Below are positions 1-7,830 of a stretch of DNA of 32,000 bases, one piece after another (within the stretch, counting starts at the first letter, position 1; each line of letters starts with the position of its first letter). Source of the DNA: Nostoc punctiforme PCC 73102 (GTDB taxonomy: Bacteria; Cyanobacteriota; Cyanobacteriia; Cyanobacteriales; Nostocaceae); the NCBI RefSeq assembly GCF_000020025.1, contig NC_010628.1, positions 2,820,001 to 2,852,000 of the forward strand. The letters run 5' to 3'. The notes beneath the pieces were generated by a model. It searched no databases. It was not told where the DNA came from and saw only the letters and a program-made list of their open reading frames with translations. The position numbers and the translations under genes are program-made.

Positions 1-395
1 TTGATGCATTAAGTAACTTAAAGTACTTCTCACTGCAAAGTTTAAAAATTATGCATATCCGCTATGCCAGCAAAAAAGGACTAGAACCACTTACTACGCT
101 TTTTCAAATCACTGTATTTTCTGTTGCTTTGGTAATGTAACGGAGGATTGAATCAAAATCTTGACGAAGTTCAGCAAGTTGTCTTACCCAAGTGTTAGAA
201 GGTGCGATCGCACTTTCTTCTTGTTGACGTGCGGCTGTAATTTGCTTGTCAATCTCGCCGTATACCTTAAATTCTGTTGCAACTCAGAAAGGTGATAAAA
301 CAATGGCGTTCCTATTTCACCCTTCCGAGCAGCCAAACTCAATTCGCTTTTCAAATTTAGCCCCTTCCCCTTTACCCTTTACCCAGACCAAACCC

Positions 396-421
396 AGCAA
401 TTTTGGGTTGGCAGACTACTA
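396..421. repeat. Orphan IS630-type terminal inverted repeat with flanking TA
   Basis: agcaattttgggttggcagactac followed by TA matches about 20 of 24 positions of the reverse complement of the left terminal repeat of the IS630-family element at 11433-11457. No partner repeat or transposase is visible in 1-395. Confidence 0.4.
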
Positions 422-1112
422 GCACCATGCTTTAAAGTAAGTGAACGTAAATAATTGTCGTTAGGATAAGGCAATAGGTATAACAGTTTTAGCGTACTTC
501 ATTTTTCTTTACATAGTTTGATTTTATTCTGGCAACTTACTTAACCCGTAAACAAAATCGAATTTAACATTGCCAAAAATTGTCTGCAATGCTACGCTGT
601 GACTGAAATTGTACATACTATAAATATGTATAAATTTCAGAGTTAATTTAATCATTAGCTGGGTTAATTTAAGTAAAAAAATATTAACTTTTTTGTTAAC
701 CTGCATATAATACCCAATTAGCTCCGATAACTGAATCGTATAACTGAAATTTGTTGTTTAATCCAAATTAATCAGGCTTTAGTTTTGATTAAAGCCACAC
801 ATAACTTATTCATATAACCCCTTTCTAAACCTCCCGTCCATAGGGATAGAGGCTCTGATTCTTACTAACCTTACCTTTTAGTGAAGGGTTTAGGGGTAAT
901 GTTTGAGTGCAATTTGTACACGACAACAAATTATTATCGACACCATTTTTCTTGAATTTTCTGGAAAAGCTTTGATTGCTTTTGAATTCCAATACTAGTA
1001 GTTAAAAATCCTGCTGCATCATTAGAAATCTTGATTAGATTAGCTTTTGCCTCCATCTGTAATCTAGATGAAGTGTATATTTTCATGTCCATAATTGCTA
1101 AGGATGAATACA

Positions 1113-3446
1113 ATGACTCGTTTATCCAGCCCGATTGAAAACTTAAAAAGTTCCTATACAGTTGTAGTTATTGGTTCTGGTTATGGTGGTAGTATTGCCG
1201 CATCGCGTTTAGCACGAGCCGGACAGCAAGTGTGTATTTTAGAGCGAGGGAAAGAATTTCAACCTGGTGAATATCCCAAAACTCAAAGCAAAGCATTGGC
1301 ACAAATGCAGATAGATTTGCCACAACATCATCTAGGTTCGCACACAGCTTTGTATGACTTTCATGTGAATAAAGACATTAATGTCTTTATTGGTTGTGGA
1401 CTAGGTGGAACATCTTTAGTTAACGCCAATGTGTCATTACAAGCTGAACCGCGTGTATTTGCAGATTCACGCTGGCCAAAGGAATTGCGTGATGATGTCG
1501 GGACTTTATTAGCCGCAGGTTATCGTCGTGCAGAGGAAATGCTCAAACCTACTCCCTACCCTGAAAATTTTCCTCCACTACCAAAATTACAAGCTTTAGA
1601 AAAGTCGTCTAAATATTTGAATGAAAAGTTCTATCGTCCCCCCATCAATGTGACATTCCAAGATGGGGTGAATCATGTCGGTGTAGAACAAAACAAATGT
1701 AATCTCTGCGGTGATTGTGTTTCTGGCTGTAATAATAAAGCCAAAAACACCGTGTTGATGAATTACCTCCCAGATGCAAAAAACCACGGTGCAGAAATCT
1801 ATACACAAGTTTCCGTGCGACGAGTTGAACGTCAGGGGAATCGCTGGCTAGTCCATTACCAATTATTAAACACGGGACAAGAAAGCTTTAACGCTCCCAC
1901 AATGTTCGTCAGTGCTGATATTGTGATTCTGGCGGCTGGGACATTGGGATCTACAGAAATTTTGCTGCGTTCTCAAGCTGCTGGTTTAGCGGTATCTGAG
2001 AAATTGGGACATAATTTTACAGGCAATGGAGATGTTCTAGCTTTTGGCTATAACACCGAGCAAGTAATTAACGGTATTGGTTTTGGCGATCGCCCGGAGA
2101 ATGCCCAAGAACCAGTAGGGCCATGCATCACCGGTATCATAGATATGCGAGAACAGCCCCAATTAGATAACGGACTAGTTATTGAAGAAGGCTCAATTCC
2201 TGGAGGTCTGGCTGCTATATTACCCCAAACCCTTGCGGCGGCTGCCAAAATTTTAGGTAAAGACACCGACTCTGGTTTAGGCGATCGCATCGAAGAAAAA
2301 ATCCGCGAAGTTGAGAGTTTGACTCATGGTGCTTACACTGGTGCAGTCCGCAACACCCAAACCTACTTAGTCATGACCCATGATGATGCAGCCGGACAGA
2401 TGTACTTAGAAAATGACCGTCTCCGCATTAAATGGCAAGATGTAGGAAGCCAACCCATTTTTCAACGAGTCAATAATCGTCTTACAGAAGCCACCGAACC
2501 CCTAGGTGGTACACAAATTCCTAACCCCATTTGGTCTGATGCCTTTGGTCATGACTTAGTTACAGTCCATCCACTAGGAGGCTGTATCTTAGCGGAAGAT
2601 GCTGAACACGGTGTTGTCAACCATAAGGGACAAGTATTTGCTAGCAACCAAGGAACAAACGTCTACGAAAACTTATATGTCGCTGATGGTTCTATAGTTC
2701 CTCGGACATTAGGTGTAAATCCATTACTGACAATCTCTGCTCTAGCGGAACGCTGCTGTACCCTCATTGCTAAAGACCGGGGTTGGACGATTAATTATGA
2801 TTTGACTACCCCGCCCATAGTCAACGGTGACACTACCCGTTCTACCACAGTCGGTATTCAATTCACCGAGACCATGCGCGGCTACTTTTCTACCGCAGTC
2901 AAAGACGACAACTATCAGCCTGCATTCTGGCAAGGCAAACAAGACAACTCGCCTCTAGAGTTCACCGTTACAGTAATTGCCGATGACTTAGACAAACTAC
3001 TCAATGACCCCGAACACCTAGGGAAAATAGTTGGTATAGTTAAAGCCCCCATTTTATCACCAGAAGCCCTAACCGTCACCAATAGCGATTTTAATTTGTT
3101 TGTTGTCCAACAAGGCCAACAAAACACCAGACAAATGCGTTATCGCTTACACATGATGACGCAATCAGGACAACGTTATTACTTGAAAGGCTTCAAGCAA
3201 ATTCATGATGACCCAGGATTCGATGTTTGGTCTGACACCACCACACTATTCATCACCGTTTATGAGGGCGACAGTGAAAATGATCCCATCGTTGGTCAAG
3301 GCATTCTCAAAATTCAGCCGATGGACTTCATCAAACAAATGACCACTATGAAAGTTACCAACGCAGATACTATTGGGGAACGCCTACAAGCAATAGATAG
3401 ATTCAGTCGTTTCTTTGCCGGCACTTTAGCGGAAGTCTACATTTAA
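1113..3446 (+). CDS. ChoD/cholesterol-oxidase-like GMC family FAD oxidoreductase with an extra C-terminal domain
   Basis: The ORF spans 1095-3446, with TTG at 1095 and ATG at 1104 and 1113; AAGGA at 1100-1104 favours 1113. Motifs: VVVIGSGYGGS (GxGxxG FAD fold), GCGLGGTSLVNANV, the Cys cluster CNLCGDCVSGCNNKAKNT, and C-terminal HPLGGC...VADGSIVP, as in GMC oxidoreductases. The last ~195 aa (nt ~2850-3443) are homologous to the C-terminus of the patatin protein at 6114-7655. Confidence 0.85.
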   Translation: MTRLSSPIENLKSSYTVVVIGSGYGGSIAASRLARAGQQVCILERGKEFQPGEYPKTQSKALAQMQIDLPQHHLGSHTALYDFHVNKDINVFIGCGLGGTSLVNANVSLQAEPRVFADSRWPKELRDDVGTLLAAGYRRAEEMLKPTPYPENFPPLPKLQALEKSSKYLNEKFYRPPINVTFQDGVNHVGVEQNKCNLCGDCVSGCNNKAKNTVLMNYLPDAKNHGAEIYTQVSVRRVERQGNRWLVHYQLLNTGQESFNAPTMFVSADIVILAAGTLGSTEILLRSQAAGLAVSEKLGHNFTGNGDVLAFGYNTEQVINGIGFGDRPENAQEPVGPCITGIIDMREQPQLDNGLVIEEGSIPGGLAAILPQTLAAAAKILGKDTDSGLGDRIEEKIREVESLTHGAYTGAVRNTQTYLVMTHDDAAGQMYLENDRLRIKWQDVGSQPIFQRVNNRLTEATEPLGGTQIPNPIWSDAFGHDLVTVHPLGGCILAEDAEHGVVNHKGQVFASNQGTNVYENLYVADGSIVPRTLGVNPLLTISALAERCCTLIAKDRGWTINYDLTTPPIVNGDTTRSTTVGIQFTETMRGYFSTAVKDDNYQPAFWQGKQDNSPLEFTVTVIADDLDKLLNDPEHLGKIVGIVKAPILSPEALTVTNSDFNLFVVQQGQQNTRQMRYRLHMMTQSGQRYYLKGFKQIHDDPGFDVWSDTTTLFITVYEGDSENDPIVGQGILKIQPMDFIKQMTTMKVTNADTIGERLQAIDRFSRFFAGTLAEVYI

Positions 3447-3457
3447 CTTTAGGAGAT

Positions 3458-3527
3458 AGGGGGGCAGGAGGCAGGGGGCAGGGGGCAGGGAACAGGGGGA
3501 GCAGGGGAGAATTCGTAATTCGTAACT
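3458..3527. repeat. G-rich heptamer-type short tandem repeats (GGGGCAG variants) followed by AATTCGT x2
   Basis: Read directly: ggggggcaggaggcagggggcagggggcagggaacagggggagcaggggaga attcgtaattcgtaact. This is typical Nostocales intergenic STR. Confidence 0.7.
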
Positions 3528-3533
3528 CTTCAC

Positions 3534-3630
3534 GGGCTGAACCTTAGCTATCCGCTAACAGCACTCCTCATTGGCTAAACCTTAGCTATCCGCTAATAGC
3601 ACGGGCTAAACGCCCCGCTATCGCTAACGG
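3534..3630. repeat. Three degenerate ~30-38 nt direct repeats (gggctRaaccttagctatccgctaaYagcac)
   Basis: Copies at about 3534-3565, 3573-3602 and 3603-3630. They lie in the spacer between the oxidoreductase and hydrolase genes. Confidence 0.6.
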
Positions 3631-3674
3631 AACTGTTTTGCCCAATGCCCTAATCTTTTAACAAATCTATCAAA

Positions 3675-4724
3675 ATGAACACCACAACATATACTCAATC
3701 TTTACAAGAAAGAATAGTACCTTTTACTAGCAAAGATGGCTTTGAATGTAACTTAATTAACGTTAGAGGTGAAAAGCCTCCTTCTAAATCGCCTGTATTA
3801 CTAGCGCATGGTGCAGGAGTCAGAGCAAATATCTTTCGCGCTCCTGTGGATACTAATATAGTTGATTACTTAGTTGCTCATGGTTATGACGTATGGTTAG
3901 AAAACTGGCGTGCCAGTATTGACTTAAATCCTAATCATTGGACACTTGACCGAGCCGCAGTGAATGACCATCCACAAGCGGTGAAAACAATTGTCGAAGA
4001 GACGGGTTATGAAAAGATCAAAGCTATCATCCATTGTCAGGGATCTACTAGTTTCATGATGTCTGTGGTGGCTGGCTTAGTCCCACAAGTCAAAACTATT
4101 ATCAGCAATGCCGTTTCACTGCATCCGATTGTACCTTCATGGTCATCTTTCAAAATTAATTTTGCAGTACCAGCCGTCAATTTCCTCACCGATCATTTAA
4201 ACCCACAATGGCAAATAGATTCACCAAGTCTAGCTGCAAAAATCATCTCTCTGGTCGTGGGTCTTACCCATCACGAATGTAATAATTCAGTCTGTAAACA
4301 AGTTAGCTTTACTTATGGGACTGGCTTCCCGGCATTGTGGGAACACGCCAACCTCAACGAAGCCACCCACGAATGGCTAAAGCAGGAATTCGCCTATGTG
4401 CCGCTCAGTTTTTTCGCACAAATGTCTCAGTGCATCAATCGTGGACATCTAATTTCTGTTGATAACTTCCCCAATTTCCCAAAAGATTTTATTGCCCAAC
4501 CACCAAAAACCGATGCCCGTATTGCATTTTTTGCTGGGCAACTTAACCGTTGCTTTCTCCCACAAAGTCAGATAGAAACTTTTAAATATTTTGACTCTCT
4601 GCGTCCTAGTTACCATGCTTTACACGTTCTGGATAACTACAGTCATTTAGACATATTTATGGGTAAGAATGCAGCCAAAGATGTGTTTCCCTTAATGCTT
4701 GCAGAATTAGAAAAGACTGTTTGA
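3675..4724 (+). CDS. alpha/beta-fold hydrolase (lipase/esterase-like) with an atypical nucleophile elbow
   Basis: 349-aa ORF. It has PVLLAHGAGVRANIF (oxyanion region), IIHCQGSTSFM where GxSxG is expected, and a C-terminal YSHLDIFMG (candidate catalytic His). Confidence 0.75.
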   Translation: MNTTTYTQSLQERIVPFTSKDGFECNLINVRGEKPPSKSPVLLAHGAGVRANIFRAPVDTNIVDYLVAHGYDVWLENWRASIDLNPNHWTLDRAAVNDHPQAVKTIVEETGYEKIKAIIHCQGSTSFMMSVVAGLVPQVKTIISNAVSLHPIVPSWSSFKINFAVPAVNFLTDHLNPQWQIDSPSLAAKIISLVVGLTHHECNNSVCKQVSFTYGTGFPALWEHANLNEATHEWLKQEFAYVPLSFFAQMSQCINRGHLISVDNFPNFPKDFIAQPPKTDARIAFFAGQLNRCFLPQSQIETFKYFDSLRPSYHALHVLDNYSHLDIFMGKNAAKDVFPLMLAELEKTV

Positions 4725-4796
4725 AAAGTGCAGATTCCATTCTCTAGACCTGTGTTACCTCCCTCCACCAATAAATTTAATTATGTGTGAAAAAAT

Positions 4797-5705
4797 ATGA
4801 TACCTCAACGTTTAAAACAACAAACAGGACTTTATGCCCTAGTTGATGGCATACCTTTTCAGTTACCCGTTAATTCTGAACAGACACCAGCATTGATGGC
4901 GGTATTTCCGATTAACGCCGATCGCGCTAAAGAATTGATCCTAGCCAAAGAAGTACATCCTCTGCGACTATGGAATAATCAGGGGTTGTTAGTAATCACA
5001 GTGATTAATTATCAGATTACTGACATTGGTAAATACATCGAATTTAGTATTGCGATCGCCTGCACTCATGGCGCAAAACCAGCCCCGCCATTACTACCTG
5101 GTTTATTGATGCAACAGTACGGCACTGGGCAGTATGTACTTGATTTACCTGTTAGTACCGAAATTTCTGTCAAAGGGGGTAAAGGAATTTGGGGAATGCC
5201 CAAACATCAAGCTAACTTGGACTTTGTGATTGGCGATCGCACTGTCAGCAGTCAATATGATTTAGATGGGCAACTAGTGATGAAAATTGAAGTTGCCAAA
5301 CCCGCCAAAGCTTGGTTTCCCCTGAAAATGGGTGCAGCAAACTACTGTGCATTTCGCGGAATGTTGATGAAATCCGTGATTTACTTTCAAGGGAAATTGG
5401 GATTTTCGCTGTTTAAACCAGGTTCAGCCAAACTTACCATAGGCGATCATCCCCGTATCCAATCACTAAAACACCTAGAGATTAGCCCCGAACCTATATT
5501 TACAGGCTTTTTCCCGGAAATCACAGGGATGCTAGATGACCATTTGGAGAGTTGGTTTCTTGGCTACGACACACCCCCCACACAACAACCAGAAGGTTTA
5601 GAAAGTGTAGTTAATTTAGGTTTGGGTCAAGAATGGCTACCAGCGCCAAAGGCTTTGCCCAAGGATGATCAAGCCGAGATGTATGTAGTACCAATTAAAA
5701 ATTAA
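4797..5705 (+). CDS. acetoacetate decarboxylase (ADC)-like family protein
   Basis: 302-aa ORF. GKYIEFSIAI and VKGGKGIWGMPKHQANLDF resemble the Y-x-E and GRExWGxPKK motifs of the ADC family. The size fits. It starts 72 nt after the upstream gene. Confidence 0.6.
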   Translation: MIPQRLKQQTGLYALVDGIPFQLPVNSEQTPALMAVFPINADRAKELILAKEVHPLRLWNNQGLLVITVINYQITDIGKYIEFSIAIACTHGAKPAPPLLPGLLMQQYGTGQYVLDLPVSTEISVKGGKGIWGMPKHQANLDFVIGDRTVSSQYDLDGQLVMKIEVAKPAKAWFPLKMGAANYCAFRGMLMKSVIYFQGKLGFSLFKPGSAKLTIGDHPRIQSLKHLEISPEPIFTGFFPEITGMLDDHLESWFLGYDTPPTQQPEGLESVVNLGLGQEWLPAPKALPKDDQAEMYVVPIKN

Positions 5706-5713
5706 TCAAAAAT

Positions 5714-6133
5714 ATGATGAATAACGGTAAAGTACTCCACTTATCATTAATTGGCATTGCCATTTTCACCATTGTGAGTGGATTGTTGCAAATGGTTTTG
5801 CCTAGTTTGGTACTCTACATTGTCTCAGCAGAAGTAACCCCGACTAGCCAGCATTTTTTTGCCATCATCGGTATGTTTATGCTGCTGTTTAACGGCGCAC
5901 TGTTACAAGCATTAATCAGCCCACAACCCCAACCTATTGTCTTAATTTGGGCAGGATTACAAAAATTTGGTGCTTCAATAACCGTTTGTTTGGCTGTTAT
6001 CAGGCTAATTTTTTCCCCATTCGCGCTGCTAATTGCTGGTTTTGACCTGTTATCAGGAGTATTAATTTTCTGGTACTTGTTTCGCTTGCGTACTTTTACA
6101 CCAGGATACACTTATGAGCAACCAACCGCATAA
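5714..6133 (+). CDS. small integral membrane protein (about 4 TM segments), function unknown
   Basis: 139-aa hydrophobic ORF. It starts 8 nt after the ADC-like gene and overlaps the patatin gene start by 20 nt. Confidence 0.6.
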   Translation: MMNNGKVLHLSLIGIAIFTIVSGLLQMVLPSLVLYIVSAEVTPTSQHFFAIIGMFMLLFNGALLQALISPQPQPIVLIWAGLQKFGASITVCLAVIRLIFSPFALLIAGFDLLSGVLIFWYLFRLRTFTPGYTYEQPTA

Positions 6134-7655
6134 ACCTTACGGCACTCCTGAACCAACATACTCAGGGAATAAACGTTCCTTGATTTTAGCTGGTGGTGGA
6201 ATGCGTGTAGCTTACCAAGCTGGAGCTATCCGCGCCTTAATCGAATCAGGACTGTGTTTTAATCATGCGGATGGTACTTCCGGCGGTACGATGAATTTAG
6301 CAATGCTGCTATCTGGACTATCGCCGATTGAGATGTGCGATCGCTGGCAGACTTTGAATGTTAAAGATTTTGTCTCCTTTATCCCTCTAGAAAAATACCT
6401 CAAAGCCTGGGATTTGTTATCTATGGGAGATGCAGATGGCATTATCGATCGCGTTTTCCCCCACTTGGGAATTGATATCAGCAAAATCAATGCCTCGGAG
6501 GGAATGCAAGGTACATTTAATGTTTGCAACTTTACCCACAAAACTAATGAAGTCATTCCCCACGATCGCTTAGATTTAGATTTATTGGTTGCAGGGATTT
6601 CTCTCCCCATCTTTATGCCACCTGTACAAAAAGGTGATTATCTATACATGGATTCCGTGTGGATTAAAGATGTTAATCTCATGGAAGCGGTGCGCCGGGG
6701 TGCAGATGAACTTTGGGTATTGTGGTGCATTGGCAATAGTAGCGAATATCAAACGGGAATTTTTAATCAATATGTCCACATGATGGAACTGAGTGCGAAC
6801 GGGGCATTTTTTGAAGAGTGCGATCGCATCAATGAAATCAACCAGAGAATTTTGCAAGGGGAGACAGTCTACGGACATACCCAACCGATCAAACTCCACC
6901 TCATCAAACCCGCTTATCCTTTACCTCTTGATCCTGATTACTATTTGGGAAACATTGATGGTGCAACTTTGGTTGATATGGGTTACGCCGATGCTAAACA
7001 ATATTTGCAAACCATGTCACCCGCAGGATTGCCCTTCCAGCCAGACGTGACCCGAATGCACAATAATTTGCCAGGAATGACTTTCCGCGAAAGCATGGCG
7101 GGTGCGTTTGTTTTAAATGAGACTGACCCGATTCAGGGTGCAGCAAAAGGCAAAGCGCACAATTCCTCACTCTCATTGCAACTGACCATTAACATTTGTG
7201 ACTTAAAACGTTTTTTGGGTGATACTACTTTTACTGCTAGTATTGCTGGTAACATTAGTTTTGCGAATTTTGGCGAACACATTCCCTTCAAAAGAGGCGT
7301 GTTTAACCTGTTTGCTCATGACCATAATCCCGGATATAAATACATTACTTATGAACTTGCTTTTGAACATGGTAATCAAGATTACTACTTAGTAGGCAAG
7401 AAAGAACTGCATAACGATCCGGGATTTGATTTGTGGCAAGACATGACAACTATCTATACTTACCTACATCAAGGTACAGATAACAACAGTCCCATTATTG
7501 GTTCAGGAATTTTAACCCTAGATGTGGGTGACGTAGCCAAGTGCGTTTCCGGGTGGCGAATTACTAACGCCAAGTCACTGACAGAGAAAACTACATTATT
7601 GGCAGAGTTTGGTAGTTTTTTCTGGGGCAATATTTGGGAAACTTACCAACCGTAA
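6114..7655 (+). CDS. patatin-like phospholipase with the same C-terminal domain as the GMC oxidoreductase
   Basis: LILAGGGMRVAYQAG (GGGxR oxyanion motif), GTSGG (GxSxG serine) and YMDSVW (candidate Asp of the dyad). The C-terminal ~190 aa (nt ~7070-7652) align with 2850-3443, for example HNDPGFDLWQDMTTIY against HDDPGFDVWSDTTTLF. Confidence 0.85.
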   Translation: MSNQPHKPYGTPEPTYSGNKRSLILAGGGMRVAYQAGAIRALIESGLCFNHADGTSGGTMNLAMLLSGLSPIEMCDRWQTLNVKDFVSFIPLEKYLKAWDLLSMGDADGIIDRVFPHLGIDISKINASEGMQGTFNVCNFTHKTNEVIPHDRLDLDLLVAGISLPIFMPPVQKGDYLYMDSVWIKDVNLMEAVRRGADELWVLWCIGNSSEYQTGIFNQYVHMMELSANGAFFEECDRINEINQRILQGETVYGHTQPIKLHLIKPAYPLPLDPDYYLGNIDGATLVDMGYADAKQYLQTMSPAGLPFQPDVTRMHNNLPGMTFRESMAGAFVLNETDPIQGAAKGKAHNSSLSLQLTINICDLKRFLGDTTFTASIAGNISFANFGEHIPFKRGVFNLFAHDHNPGYKYITYELAFEHGNQDYYLVGKKELHNDPGFDLWQDMTTIYTYLHQGTDNNSPIIGSGILTLDVGDVAKCVSGWRITNAKSLTEKTTLLAEFGSFFWGNIWETYQP

Positions 7656-7830
7656 ATTCCAAATTAAACCTCTGCTGAGTGGAGTATAAAGGTTTAAGGG
7701 TGTAGGGAAAATACATTTTCATGTTTAGTTGTGCAATTTTCTCTTGAATCCTTCCCGCCTTCTCCCAAAGGGAGACGCTAAAAGCGATCTGCCTTCTGCC
7801 TTCTTTCACAACTTTTCAGGAGAAATTAAC

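Noticed and set aside
104-283. 59-codon open frame on the minus strand (..EFKVYGEIDKQITAARQQEESAIAPSNTWVRQLAELRQDFDSILRYITKATENTVI)
   Set aside because: It has no start codon between the upstream in-frame stop and the end, and no recognisable family. It may be a C-terminal gene fragment next to the orphan IS repeat, but this is unsupported.
524-706. 60-aa minus-strand ORF in the AT-rich region upstream of the lipid-enzyme cluster
   Set aside because: The sequence is extremely AT-rich and low-complexity, with no RBS or homology-like motifs. It is probably promoter or spacer DNA.
7729-7830. N-terminal extension of the GH1 ORF (MCNFLLNPSRLLPKGDAKSDL...)
   Set aside because: GH1 homology begins right after the ATG at 7831, which has a CAGGAG Shine-Dalgarno sequence. 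The extension reads through repeat-like spacer DNA.
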